Shown piece by piece: positions 9,817 through 19,496 of a stretch of DNA of 64,000 nt (positions are counted from its first letter, which is position 1; each line of letters opens with the position of its first letter). The notes beneath the pieces are model-generated. The model was not told the origin of the DNA. It was given only the letters and a program-made list of their open reading frames with translations, and made no database searches. The translations under genes were made by a program, and so were the position numbers. The stretch is from Thermoanaerobaculia bacterium (GTDB taxonomy: Bacteria > Acidobacteriota > Thermoanaerobaculia > Multivoradales > UBA5704), in the NCBI GenBank assembly GCA_044226625.1, contig JBGAGQ010000018.1, positions 1 to 64,000 on the forward strand, given 5' to 3'.

Positions 9817-11330
9817 AGCGGTATCTCCATTTCCATGGCCTGGGCGACGGCGGTCTCGCGCTCGGGATCCGCCCAGGCGAGGTCGCGCGGTTTGCCGGCG
9901 GGGAAGCCGAAAGCGACGACCAACGAGGCGATGCCGATCGCGCCGACGCCCCAGAATACCGCCTGGAGCGCGACGAGAAACGCATCGGACAGCCGCGCGA
10001 GCTCCGCGGCCTGCATGCTCGAGCGGCCGATCGGATCGAGCAGAGCGTTGGCGTCCGCCCCGGCGGGGAGCGCCCGGGAGAGCCGGGATGCGAAAAGCGC
10101 GCCGAGGGCGGCGACGCCCACCGCGCCACCGATCGAGCGGAAGAACTGGACCGAGCCGGTCGCGACACCGCGCAGCCGCCAAGGCACCGCGCTCTGGACC
10201 GCGATCATGTAGGGCATCGAGACGAAGCCGAGGCCGAGACCCATGACGAACAGGATGGTCATCACCTCGACCTTTCCGGTCGCGGCGGAAAGCCGTGCGA
10301 GCGCGAGACCGGACAGCGCGAGGAGGACCCCGCCGAGCAGGCAGAAACGCCGGTAGGAATAGCGGTTCATCAGCCGGCCCGTGATCGTGCTAGAGAGGGG
10401 CCAGCCGATCAGAACCGGTGAGAGCAGAGCGCCGGCGTCGGTGGCCGAGCCGCCGAGCACCCCCTGCCCGAGGATCGGCCCGAAGGCGGTGAGCGCGAAG
10501 AGGAGCGTGCCGAGCAGGGCGTTGCCCACGCAGGAGATCGAGATCAGCCGGCTCTTGAACAGGTCGAGCGGCAGCATCGGCTCCTTCGCGCGGTTCTCCT
10601 GCCAGAGGAAGCCGAGGGTGAGCAGGACGGCCCCGGCGAACGAGCCGAGCGTCCGGGGGTCGCTCCAGCCCCAGACGTCCGGCCCTTCGATCAGGCCGAG
10701 CAGAAGCAGCGTCACCGCGACCGACAGCAGGATCGTGCCGAGCACGTCGAGGCGATGTTCCCGCCGGGGGGGCTCCTCGCGCAGATGCCGGTTGAGCATC
10801 CAGGCCGAGAGCAGACCGAAGGGCACGCCGACGAAGAAGATCGCCCGCCAGGAGAGCGCGTCGGTGAGCAGCCCGCCGACGAGCGGGCCCACGAGGCTCG
10901 AAAAGGCCCATACCGCCGCGAACAGCCCCTGCATCCGGCCGCGTTCCTCCAGGGTGAAGATGTCGCCGATGACGGTTGCCGCGACCGGCATCAACCCGCC
11001 GGCGCCGAGTCCCTGAAGAGCACGAAAAACGATCAGCTGCTCGAGGGAGGTGGAGAGCCCCGAGAGGGCGGAGCCGCCGACGAACAGCGCCACAGCGATC
11101 AGGTAGATCCGGCGCCGACCGAACAGATCGGCGAGCTTGCCGTAGAGCGGAACCGTGGTGGTCGACGTGAGCAGATAAGCGGAGAACACCCAGCTGTACC
11201 GGGAGACTCCGCCCATCGATCCGACCGCCGTGGGCACGGCGGCGGCCACCGCCGTCGCTTCGAGCGCGGCGAGCAGAGAGCCGAGCATCAGGGCGGAGGT
11301 GACGAGCTTTCTTTCGCGTCCGGGAAGCAA
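9813..11330 (-). CDS. MFS drug:H+ antiporter (DHA2/MDR-type, 14 TMS)
   Basis: WVFSAYLL, GKLADLFGRR, FRALQGLGAG, GPLVGG, EPMLPLDLF. Confidence 0.9.
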   Translation of the reverse strand: MLPGRERKLVTSALMLGSLLAALEATAVAAAVPTAVGSMGGVSRYSWVFSAYLLTSTTTVPLYGKLADLFGRRRIYLIAVALFVGGSALSGLSTSLEQLIVFRALQGLGAGGLMPVAATVIGDIFTLEERGRMQGLFAAVWAFSSLVGPLVGGLLTDALSWRAIFFVGVPFGLLSAWMLNRHLREEPPRREHRLDVLGTILLSVAVTLLLLGLIEGPDVWGWSDPRTLGSFAGAVLLTLGFLWQENRAKEPMLPLDLFKSRLISISCVGNALLGTLLFALTAFGPILGQGVLGGSATDAGALLSPVLIGWPLSSTITGRLMNRYSYRRFCLLGGVLLALSGLALARLSAATGKVEVMTILFVMGLGLGFVSMPYMIAVQSAVPWRLRGVATGSVQFFRSIGGAVGVAALGALFASRLSRALPAGADANALLDPIGRSSMQAAELARLSDAFLVALQAVFWGVGAIGIASLVVAFGFPAGKPRDLAWADPERETAVAQAMEMEIPL

Positions 11331-11345
11331 GGGACCTCGGGCTCG

Positions 11346-12374
11346 TCAGGACGGCGTGGAGCCGTCCGAAGGGGGCGGCTCGTCGGCGGTCGCCGGTTCT
11401 TCGCTTGCGGAGTCGTCGACCGACTCCTTCGCCGGCTCGCCGTCCGGCTTGCGCTTGAAGAAATGGTCGAAGGCGGCGCCCGCGGCGGGCGAAGCGGGAG
11501 CGTCCGGCTTCTTCTCGGCCGACGGTTCGTCGACCTTTTTGGGGGTCTTCCGCTCCGTCGACGCGGCGGGCGCCTTTTCGTTCCGGGCCGTCGGCGTCTC
11601 GCGTTTCGTCGCGGGTCCCGTCTTCTCTTCAGCCGCTTGTTCCGGCGGTGGTGTCTCTCCCTTCGCCCCGAAGAAATGGGCGAAGGCTCCCTCCTTCCGA
11701 GGGGCTTCCGTCGTCTCGGTCTTTTGGGGGACGGGTGCGGGTGCCGCGTTCGCCGGCTCCTCTTGGATCGGCTCCGCTTTCACGGATTCCAATCTCGGGG
11801 TCTCCGCCTTCACCGGCTCCGGTTCCTTCGGTTCCGGCTTCGCCGATTCGGCGGCCGGGGCTGCCGGTGCGGGCGCGGCCGGTTCGCTCGGGGCCGGCAC
11901 CGGTGCGGGCTCCTGCGGCGGAGGAGTCTGGGCCGAATCGGCCGAACCGGCTGGTACCGGATCGGCGGCCGCGCTGGGCGTTTTCTTGATACCGAGCGCC
12001 AAGCGCTTGTATCGGTTGGACTCCGCCTCGTCGCCCATCTGGAGCGCCGCGGTCGAGGCCCAAAGCCAGGCGGATGCCGGATTCGACGCGAGATCGCCGG
12101 CGCGCACGAACGCGCGGAGAGCGTCGGCCGGCCGACCGAGGCCGGAGAGGTAGACGACGCCGAGGTCGATCTGGACCTGGGCGAGCGCCTCCCGGTCGAC
12201 CCCTTCGAGCTCCCGGCTCGCGGCCAGGTAGTGTTCGGCGGCCGCCGCGTAGTCGCCCCGGCCGAACGCCTCCTTGCCGAGCGCGCGGTGGTCCTCGGCG
12301 CGCGCGACGGAAACATGGAGCAGGGCCAGCAGGGCGAGGGCGGCGAGGTGAGGTAGACGGTTCGTCGTGCGCAT
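11346..12374 (-). CDS. Exported TPR protein with long Pro/Ala/Glu-rich disordered tail
   Basis: Signal peptide from ATG 12374 (MRTTNRLPHLAALALLALL..ARA), TPR-like helices, low-complexity C-terminus. Confidence 0.65.
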   Translation of the reverse strand: MRTTNRLPHLAALALLALLHVSVARAEDHRALGKEAFGRGDYAAAAEHYLAASRELEGVDREALAQVQIDLGVVYLSGLGRPADALRAFVRAGDLASNPASAWLWASTAALQMGDEAESNRYKRLALGIKKTPSAAADPVPAGSADSAQTPPPQEPAPVPAPSEPAAPAPAAPAAESAKPEPKEPEPVKAETPRLESVKAEPIQEEPANAAPAPVPQKTETTEAPRKEGAFAHFFGAKGETPPPEQAAEEKTGPATKRETPTARNEKAPAASTERKTPKKVDEPSAEKKPDAPASPAAGAAFDHFFKRKPDGEPAKESVDDSASEEPATADEPPPSDGSTPS

Positions 12375-12460
12375 GGTCGAAGTCTCCGAAGCGGAGGAGA
12401 GGATCGTAGCTGAAGTGGATCGCTTCGGCCCGAGAGTCCAGCGCCGTCGGCCCTGCCGAA

Positions 12461-13567
12461 TCAGACCGCGGTGGCCTCCAGGATCCACATCGGGCTCGCG
12501 GTCGGATGGACGCGTACGAGGTCGAACCCCGCCGCCGCGAGCAGGCGGCAGAACTCCTCCCGCCCGCGCTCGCGGCCGCCGTCGCAGGCGACCAGCATGT
12601 GGAGGTCCACCTTCGCCCCGAAGTCTCGCGCGTCGTTCCGCTCGACGATCGACTCGACCACCAGCAACTTCGACCCCGGGGTCGCCGCCCGGCGGCAGGC
12701 GCCGAGGATTTCGAGGCAGCGCGCGTCGTCCCAGTCGTGGAGCACCTGTTTGAGCAGGTAGCCGTCGCATCCCGGGGGGATCGAATCGAAGAAGCTCCCC
12801 TCCACGCGTTCCACGCGGTCGAGCACGCCCTGTCGTTCGAGATAGGGGACCGCCTGCTCGAGCACGCCGGCGGAATCCAAGAGGACACCGCGGACGCCGG
12901 GGTGGCGCCGAAGGATCGCCGCGAGCATCGTGCCGCGTCCGCCGCCGAGGTCGGCCAGGCGTTGGAGGCCGGAAAATACCGGCTGGGAAGCGACGGCCGG
13001 CGCGTACATCTCCGTGATCGCCCCCATTGCCGCCGCGAACGTGGCCTGCTCCTCGGGATGAGCCTCGAACCAGGTCCAGATCGAGCTGCCGTGGACGCGT
13101 GGAAAGGCGTTGTCACCCCGCTCGACCGTCCGGGTCAGATCGGCCCAAGCAACCACCGTCGCCTCCGAGCCGAAGTACTCGGCGACCGGGCCGATCGCTT
13201 CCCGGTCGCGCCGCAGGGTCTCCGAGAGGCGGTTGTTCGAAAAGCGCCCGGCGGAATCGAGCCGAAACACCCCCGTAGCCGCGAGCGCTCGAAGCATGCG
13301 ATGGAGCGCGTCGGGATCGGCGCCGACCTCGCGGGCAAGCTCGGCCGCGCTTCGCGGCCCTCCTGCGAGCCGGTCCGCAATCCCGAGCTTGGAGGCGCTC
13401 CGGATCGCCTGGGTCTGTCCGGTCCCCGCCGCGCGGTCCACCATCGCCGCGCTCGCCGGGACCATCCGATCGGCGAGCGCGAGGAGGCCCCGGCGCAGGG
13501 CGAGCGCGACCCGCGCCGCGAAGCGTGGCGGGGCCAGGGGGAGCGGTGGAGGGGTGGGGGAGGCCAA
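12461..13567 (-). CDS. SAM-dependent O-methyltransferase (Methyltransf_2 with dimerisation domain)
   Basis: ADLGGGRG, GSFF, YLLKQVLHDWDD, PGSKLLVVE, GRER. Confidence 0.9.
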   Translation of the reverse strand: MASPTPPPLPLAPPRFAARVALALRRGLLALADRMVPASAAMVDRAAGTGQTQAIRSASKLGIADRLAGGPRSAAELAREVGADPDALHRMLRALAATGVFRLDSAGRFSNNRLSETLRRDREAIGPVAEYFGSEATVVAWADLTRTVERGDNAFPRVHGSSIWTWFEAHPEEQATFAAAMGAITEMYAPAVASQPVFSGLQRLADLGGGRGTMLAAILRRHPGVRGVLLDSAGVLEQAVPYLERQGVLDRVERVEGSFFDSIPPGCDGYLLKQVLHDWDDARCLEILGACRRAATPGSKLLVVESIVERNDARDFGAKVDLHMLVACDGGRERGREEFCRLLAAAGFDLVRVHPTASPMWILEATAV

Positions 13568-13587
13568 GCGCCACCGAGTCTACAGGA

Positions 13588-13622
13588 CGGGTTCGCAGGG
13601 CGGGTTCGCAGGGCGGGTTCGC
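13588..13622. repeat. 13-bp tandem repeat (CGGGTTCGCAGGG x ~2.7) in a divergent intergenic region
   Basis: Copies start at 13588, 13601 and 13614. Confidence 0.7.
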
Positions 13623-13707
13623 CGCAGCGCCGGAGTCCTCCGAAAAGGTCCTCGCCAGGCCGCGGAAACCCGAGGTAAGTACAAGAAACAGAAGGGTTCT
13701 GCGTCGC

Positions 13708-13736
13708 TTGTTCCGGGTGGTCACAAGTGCTAGACT
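13708..13736 (+). promoter_or_regulatory. Putative sigma70 promoter of nuoB-CD-I
   Basis: TTGTTC-N17-TAGACT with extended -10 TG; SD GAGGAG upstream of ATG 13761. Confidence 0.5.
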
Positions 13737-13760
13737 GACGAGCCCGAGGAGCACATCGAC

Positions 13761-14294
13761 ATGGAAACCAAAACCGTCGGAGAAAGCTGGGTCACGACCA
13801 AGTTCGAGGCCCTGGAAGACTGGTCGCGGCGCCATTCCTTCTGGCCCTTCCCGTTCGGCACGGCCTGCTGCGCGATCGAGTTCATGGCCACCGTTTCGGC
13901 CCATTACGACGTGGCCCGCTTCGGCTCGGAGGTCGTGCGGTTCTCCCCGCGCCAGAGCGACGTGCTGCTGGTCGCCGGGACGATCAACGACAAGATGGGG
14001 CCGGTCCTGAAGCGCATCTACGATCAGATGGCCAACCCCAAGTGGGTGATCTCGATGGGCGCCTGCGCCTGCTCGGGCGGCTTCTATCGCTCGTACCACG
14101 TGATGCAGGGGATCGACGAGATCATCCCGGTCGACATCTACGTTCCCGGCTGCCCGCCGACGCCGGAGGGTCTGATGTACGGAATCCTCCAGTTGAAGGA
14201 GCGGGTGGTCCGCGATCGCCGGCGACACCAGGAGCAGCAGAAGAACGACAAGGAGAGCAAGCGTGCCGACGTTGGCCGAGCCGTCCCTGCTTGA
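13761..14294 (+). CDS. nuoB: NADH-quinone oxidoreductase subunit B
   Basis: FGTACCAIE, SPRQSD, PKWVISMGAC, VDIYVPGCPP. Confidence 0.95.
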   Translation: METKTVGESWVTTKFEALEDWSRRHSFWPFPFGTACCAIEFMATVSAHYDVARFGSEVVRFSPRQSDVLLVAGTINDKMGPVLKRIYDQMANPKWVISMGACACSGGFYRSYHVMQGIDEIIPVDIYVPGCPPTPEGLMYGILQLKERVVRDRRRHQEQQKNDKESKRADVGRAVPA

Positions 14295-15972
14295 GGAGCT
14301 CCAAGCGAAGTATCCCGCCGGCAGTATCGCGGTTCAGGATCGCACCGACCAGCCGACCTGGGTGGTGAAGCGCGAGATCCTGGTCGACCTCGCCAAGGAG
14401 CTGCGCGACCGGCGCGACACCCGGTTCGACCTCCTGCTCGACGTCGCCGGGGTGGACTACCCCGACCGGGAGGAGGACGAAGGCGGGCGGTTCGACGTCG
14501 TCTACCACCTCTACTCGGTGGCGCGGAACGACCGCCTTCGCCTGAAAGTTCCGGTCGCCGAGGCCGACGCGTTGCTGCCGTCGGTCACCCCGGTTTGGAA
14601 GGGCGCGAACTGGTTCGAGCGCGAAGTCTTCGACATGTTCGGCGTCAAGTTCTCCGGCCACCCGAACCTGTCGCGCATCCTCTGCCACGAGGCGTTCCAG
14701 GGGCACCCGCTGCGCAAGGATTACGATCCGGCCCGGCGCTGGATCCTCACCGAGGCCGAGATCTACAAGCCGCACTTCGACCTGCCCGACGGCGAGGACG
14801 ACCTGTTCGAGCGGATGGCGATCAACATCGGCCCGTCGCACCCGGCGATGCACGGCACTTTCCGCCTGATGGCGGTGCTCGACGGCGAAGCGATCATCGC
14901 CTCGGACGTGGAGATCGGCTATCTCCACCGCTGCTTCGAGAAGATGTCGGAGACCCACAACTGGCAGCAGATCATTCCCTACACCGACCGGCTGAACTAC
15001 TGCTCGGCGTTCATCAACAACGTCGCCTACTGCAGGACGGTCGAGAAGATGCTCGGGATCGAAGCGCCGCCCCGCGCGGTGTGGGCGCGCACGATCCTCA
15101 CCGAGTTCTCCCGCATCATGGACCACTGCGTCTGCAACGGCGCCACGCTGGTCGACGCCGGAGCGCTGACGAACTTCTGGTATTTGTTCCAGCCGCGGGA
15201 AGAGATCTACGGTCTGATCGAGTCGTGCTGCGGCGCGCGCCTGACGGTCTCGTACGGCCGTATCGGCGGCCTAGCGCAGGACCTGCCCGCCGATTTCGTC
15301 GCGCGCAGCCGCAAGCTGCTCGAAACGATCCCGAAGTTCATCGACGACACCGAGGCGCTGATCGACAAGAACCGGATCTGGATCGACCGCACGGTCGGGG
15401 TCGCGGCGATCAGCGGTGAAGAGGCGATCAATTGGGGTTGGACCGGCCCGTGCCTTCGCGCGAGCGGCGTCGGTCTCGACCTGCGCCGGGCCGCGCCGTA
15501 CGACCTTTACGACACCGTCGACTTCGAGATCCCGACGCTTTCCGGCGGCGACGTCTACGACCGGTACCGCATCCGCATGATGGAGATCCGCGAGTCGCTC
15601 AAGATTATCCGTCAGCTCTTGGATCGCGGAATGCCCGAGGGGCCGTTCATCGTGCAGGATCCGCACGTTGCGCTGCCGCCCAAGGAAGCTTGCTACAACG
15701 AGATGGAAGCCATGATCTATCACTTCAAGTTGATCATGGACGGCATTCAGGTTCCGCCGGGTGAGGTCTACTCCGCCGTCGAAGGCGCCAACGGCGAATT
15801 CGGGTTCTACGCGATCAGCGACGGCTCGTCGAAACCCTATCGCCTGAAGTGCCGGCCACCCTGCTTCCCGATCTTCTCGACCTTCTCCCGGCTGATCAAC
15901 GGGGGCTCGGTCTCCGACGCCATCGTCTCGTTGGGCGGCCTGAACATCATCGCGGGAGAGCTGGAACGATGA
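14263..15972 (+). CDS. nuoCD: NADH-quinone oxidoreductase fused subunit C/D
   Basis: WFEREVFDMFG, GHPLRKDY (NuoC); GPSHPAMHG, GYLHR, TDRLNY, GPCLRASG, PYRLK (NuoD); start may be TTG 14272. Confidence 0.95.
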   Translation: MPTLAEPSLLEELQAKYPAGSIAVQDRTDQPTWVVKREILVDLAKELRDRRDTRFDLLLDVAGVDYPDREEDEGGRFDVVYHLYSVARNDRLRLKVPVAEADALLPSVTPVWKGANWFEREVFDMFGVKFSGHPNLSRILCHEAFQGHPLRKDYDPARRWILTEAEIYKPHFDLPDGEDDLFERMAINIGPSHPAMHGTFRLMAVLDGEAIIASDVEIGYLHRCFEKMSETHNWQQIIPYTDRLNYCSAFINNVAYCRTVEKMLGIEAPPRAVWARTILTEFSRIMDHCVCNGATLVDAGALTNFWYLFQPREEIYGLIESCCGARLTVSYGRIGGLAQDLPADFVARSRKLLETIPKFIDDTEALIDKNRIWIDRTVGVAAISGEEAINWGWTGPCLRASGVGLDLRRAAPYDLYDTVDFEIPTLSGGDVYDRYRIRMMEIRESLKIIRQLLDRGMPEGPFIVQDPHVALPPKEACYNEMEAMIYHFKLIMDGIQVPPGEVYSAVEGANGEFGFYAISDGSSKPYRLKCRPPCFPIFSTFSRLINGGSVSDAIVSLGGLNIIAGELER

Positions 15973-16607
15973 AGATGCCGACGTCCGAACCGATCGACAT
16001 TCCGAACCAGGTGAAGCCCTACAAGATGGGGCTCGCCGAGAAGCTCTATCTGCCGCTGCTCGCGGGGCTGTTCGTCACGATGCGGCACTTCCTGCGGAAC
16101 ATCTTCAATCCGAAGGGGATGCCGACGATCAACTACCCCGAGGAGCGGCGCGCCTACAGCCACCGCTATCGCGGGCACCACATCCTCACCACGCGCCCCG
16201 ACGGCTCGGTGCGTTGCGTCGCCTGTTTCCTCTGCGCCGCGAACTGCCCGGCCGAGTGCATCACGATCGAGGCGGGCGAGCATCCGGACGTCAACATCGA
16301 GAAGTACCCGGTGGTCTACGAGATCGACATGCTCCGCTGCGTCTTCTGCGGCTTCTGCGTCGACGCCTGCCCGGAAGAGGCGATCATCATGTCGAACAAC
16401 TACGACATGGCCTACTTCCACCGCGACCAGTCGATCGTCGGCAAGTCGGATCTAATGAAGCCGTTCACCTTCGATCCGAGCCGGCTCGGCTACCGCCCGT
16501 ACTATCCGGAAGAGGACACGAAGCACAACAAGATGCGCCGCGAAGCGTTCGATCTCGTGGCGCTCGCCAAAGCGAAAGCGGCGGGGGAGCCGGCGGCGGC
16601 TCACTGA
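15969..16607 (+). CDS. nuoI: NADH-quinone oxidoreductase subunit I
   Basis: CVACFLCAANCP and CVFCGFCVDACP ferredoxin motifs; ATGA overlap with nuoCD. Confidence 0.95.
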   Translation: MKMPTSEPIDIPNQVKPYKMGLAEKLYLPLLAGLFVTMRHFLRNIFNPKGMPTINYPEERRAYSHRYRGHHILTTRPDGSVRCVACFLCAANCPAECITIEAGEHPDVNIEKYPVVYEIDMLRCVFCGFCVDACPEEAIIMSNNYDMAYFHRDQSIVGKSDLMKPFTFDPSRLGYRPYYPEEDTKHNKMRREAFDLVALAKAKAAGEPAAAH

Positions 16608-16633
16608 GACAGACATCAGTCGGCGATCTGCAC

Positions 16634-16957
16634 CGCCCCCACCTCGATCCTCCCCCGCAAGCGGGGGAGGAGGCCCGCCCGGTCCCTTTGTGCCCTTCGG
16701 GTCCGCCCACCTCCCCCGGTTCCTACATCCTGTCGGCGCAGGTCTCTCTCCCGCGGGGAGGAGGCCGCCCTGCCCCTTTGTACCCTTCGGGTCCGCCCAC
16801 CGCTCTCGACTCCTACATCCTTTCGGCGCAGGTCCCTCCCCAGGAGGCCCGCCCGGCCCGTTGTGCCCTTCGCTCCGCCCAGCGCTCCCGACTCTTCTTG
16901 GATCCTCTCGGCGCAGGGTCCCTCCCTCCGCTTGCGGGGGGAGGTCAGGAGGGGGGC
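16634..16957. repeat. REP/BIME-like array: GC-rich hairpins separated by three degenerate ~83-90 bp units
   Basis: Hairpins CCTCCCCCGCAAGCGGGGGAGG and CCTCCCTCCGCTTGCGGGGGGAGG at the ends; repeated TTGTRCCCTTCG..CCGCCCA..TCGGCGCAGG units; lies between convergent genes. Confidence 0.8.
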
Positions 16958-16981
16958 TCTCTTGCTAGCTCCGCACCGTCG

Positions 16982-18724
16982 TTACCGCGCCGCCCGGAGC
17001 TGGCCGCGGACGGCGGCAAGGTCTAAGGCGATGGGCGGCTCGGCGCGGAGGGCTTCGTCGAGAGTTTCGTCGTGACCGTAGATGTCCTTGCGGAATTGAA
17101 TCTGGCCGTCGTCGGAGACCCAGGCGGTCCAGTAGAGGATGTGGACCGGTATCGGGCGGGGTAGACGAACGGAGCGCGTCTCTCCGGTCGCGATCTCCTG
17201 CTGAAGCTTCTCGGGGCGCTGGCTCGAATCGTCTCGCAAGAGGTAGGAGGCGAGCTCGAACGGCTTCTCGAGCCGGACGCAACCGTGGCTGAAGTCGCGC
17301 TCTTCGCGGGCGAAGAGGTGATCGGCCGGCGTGTCGTGGAGATAGACGTCGAAGCGGTTGGGGAACATGAACTTGATCTTGCCGAGGGGATTGTCTTCCC
17401 CGGAGCGAGCCCGTAGGCGCACGTCCGAGCCGGCGACGCCGACTTCCGAAATCTCCGCGGGGTCGAGGACTTCGGCATCTTCGTCCCAGCCGCGTACGAC
17501 CTCGATTCCCTTCGAGGCGAGATAGTCGGGGTTCCGCGCGACCGCCGGCATCACCTCTTCACGGGCGATCTTCTCGGGGATGTTCCAGGTCGGATTCAGT
17601 ACCAGGTAGGTCATCCGGCCGCTGAAGCTTGGGGTGCGGCTCTGCTCCTTGCCGACCACAACCCGCTGCGCGTGGACGACGCGGCCCCCTTCGACCACCT
17701 CCAGGCGGAAATCGGGGACGTTGACCTTGATGTAGCGATCGCCCAGGTCGCGCGGCATCCAGCGCCAGCGCTCCATGTTGTCGGTGATCTGACGGATTCG
17801 GCCCTCGACGGGGACGTTCATCGCTTCGAGCGTTCCGGCGTCCATCGTTCCCGTGGGATCGAGGCCGTGTCGGCTTTGGAAGTGGGCGATCGCCTGAGCC
17901 AGCGCGCCGTCGGCTAGAGGAGCCTCCGATTGGGCTAGGTCTCCGGACGCGGCGAGGCGCGCGCGAAGCGCCGCGGCCACGGCGGGCTCGAAGCGTCCCT
18001 TCTTGGCATGGAGCGCCTCCTCGGGAACCGTCGGCCATCCTCCCGAGCGCGCGATCTCGCGGAGCTGCGCTAGGGCATCGCGCAAACGTCCGTATTCCGG
18101 TTGCGATGGGACAAGGCCGAGCAACGCCCGATCGAGGTTGCCCGGCTGCTCGAGCATTTTGGCGAGAAGCTTGTCGAGGTCGATCCGCCGAGCCTCGCGA
18201 TACCACTCGACGTCGACCTCGCTCGGCCGCTCGCGACCCACCGCGAGATGCTGCGCGAGAGTCATGAACGTGTAGGTCAGCGTGAGATCGAGATCGGCGA
18301 GCCGCTGCTGCGTTTCGGGGGCGTCGAGCGATCGGGTCTTCTCGGCTTGGTCGAGCAGCTCTTCGAGACGATCGGCCCCGTAGCGGCGCGGGTCGATGCC
18401 TTCGCGCCCGGCAGGGCCGATCGCGGTGACCAGCTCCCTCGCTTGGGGCAGAGGTCCCTTGGGACCGAGCCAAACCGGCTGGAAGCCGCGCCGTCGATAG
18501 AAGTCGCGGACCTCACGCCATGCTTCCGCGCGCTCCGGCTCGCGTCGCGCCTCGGCGGGCATGACGGTCGATTCCACGGTCGCATGGAGAAGGGCCGGCA
18601 CCTCGGGCGGCATCTCCTTTGGGCGGCAGCCCGCGCCGCCAGCCCATAGGCCCAAGATCAAGAGAGAAGCAGCCTGCCACCGAGCCCGCTCGAGAATCGC
18701 CCCGCTCAGCGATCGAAATTTCAT
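16982..18724 (-). CDS. L,D-transpeptidase, YcbB/LdtD-like (scaffold + PG-binding + YkuD domains)
   Basis: FQSRHGL, NMERWRW, NPTWNIP, NPLGKIKFMFPN, YLHDTP, SHGCVR; ATG 18724 preceded by GGAGGG. Confidence 0.9.
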   Translation of the reverse strand: MKFRSLSGAILERARWQAASLLILGLWAGGAGCRPKEMPPEVPALLHATVESTVMPAEARREPERAEAWREVRDFYRRRGFQPVWLGPKGPLPQARELVTAIGPAGREGIDPRRYGADRLEELLDQAEKTRSLDAPETQQRLADLDLTLTYTFMTLAQHLAVGRERPSEVDVEWYREARRIDLDKLLAKMLEQPGNLDRALLGLVPSQPEYGRLRDALAQLREIARSGGWPTVPEEALHAKKGRFEPAVAAALRARLAASGDLAQSEAPLADGALAQAIAHFQSRHGLDPTGTMDAGTLEAMNVPVEGRIRQITDNMERWRWMPRDLGDRYIKVNVPDFRLEVVEGGRVVHAQRVVVGKEQSRTPSFSGRMTYLVLNPTWNIPEKIAREEVMPAVARNPDYLASKGIEVVRGWDEDAEVLDPAEISEVGVAGSDVRLRARSGEDNPLGKIKFMFPNRFDVYLHDTPADHLFAREERDFSHGCVRLEKPFELASYLLRDDSSQRPEKLQQEIATGETRSVRLPRPIPVHILYWTAWVSDDGQIQFRKDIYGHDETLDEALRAEPPIALDLAAVRGQLRAAR

Positions 18725-18880
18725 CTTCGTACCCTCCCGCCGGGGCCAGAGGGCAAGAGGTGTGCCGGGCTTCTCGGTAGGAAAGGCACGGTGCCCGTCC
18801 GTCCCCGCAGGAAACAATTTCCGGAGGGTTCTCGATTCGGCGGCCGTTTTCTGCAGCGGTTCTCGGGCTCTTTGTCGGCC

Positions 18881-19477
18881 CTACGTCGAGCCGACGGGCC
18901 GCCATTCCTCCCGATCGGTCACGACCACCGTCATCGGAACGTCGTGTGCCTCGTCCGGAAGCCGATCGAGGAGCTGTACGTCGTAGCCAAGACCGACAGA
19001 CGGGAAAGGGCGATCGCGGAGGAATCGGTCGAAGTAGCCGCTGCCGTAGCCAAGCCGAAATCCGCGGCGGTCGTATCCCAGGCCGAGAACGAGCACCGCG
19101 TCGAGAGTCGAATCGATCGATCGCTCCTCGACCTCGGGAGCCCCGCGCGGCGGCTGCTTCAAACCGAAAGCGAGCGTTCGCAGGGGGCAGGGGTAGGGAT
19201 GGACGTGGAGCTTGCCGTCGCGTGGGTCCGCGCGGGGCACGAACAACTCGTGCCCCGAGGCGAGCAGGTGCTCGGAGAGCTTCCAGGTGTCGATCTCGGA
19301 CCCGAACGAGAGACAGGTGAGGATACGCCGGGCGCTCGCGATCTCGGGGAGGGTGAGCACCCTCTCCGCGACCCGATCGGCGGCGGTGGCGGCCACCGTC
19401 GGCTCGATCGAGGAGACGGCCTCACGGAGCCGCTCGCGCAGCTCCGGTTTGGTCGGGGATTCCGCCGTTTCCAGCAA
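18881..19477 (-). CDS. 5-formyltetrahydrofolate cyclo-ligase
   Basis: SEIDT, FGLKQP, GFRLGYGSGYFDRFL, HDVPM..VVT. Confidence 0.9.
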   Translation of the reverse strand: MLETAESPTKPELRERLREAVSSIEPTVAATAADRVAERVLTLPEIASARRILTCLSFGSEIDTWKLSEHLLASGHELFVPRADPRDGKLHVHPYPCPLRTLAFGLKQPPRGAPEVEERSIDSTLDAVLVLGLGYDRRGFRLGYGSGYFDRFLRDRPFPSVGLGYDVQLLDRLPDEAHDVPMTVVVTDREEWRPVGST

Positions 19478-19496
19478 ATCGGTCGAGGAAGGCCCG

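Noticed and set aside
8732-10168. Apparent long N-terminal extensions on yjbQ, corA, DUF58 and the beta-lactamase-like gene
   Set aside because: The extensions overlap neighbouring real genes in other frames; internal starts with stop/start coupling or SDs explain the genes
13708-13726. Rex operator (TTGT..ACAA) over the nuoB promoter
   Set aside because: It spans 19 bp rather than 18 and only one half-site (TCACAA) fits the consensus
13761-16607. Group 4 [NiFe]-hydrogenase (Ech/Hyc-like) module
   Set aside because: The large subunit lacks the N- and C-terminal CxxC Ni-binding motifs and has complex I quinone-site motifs
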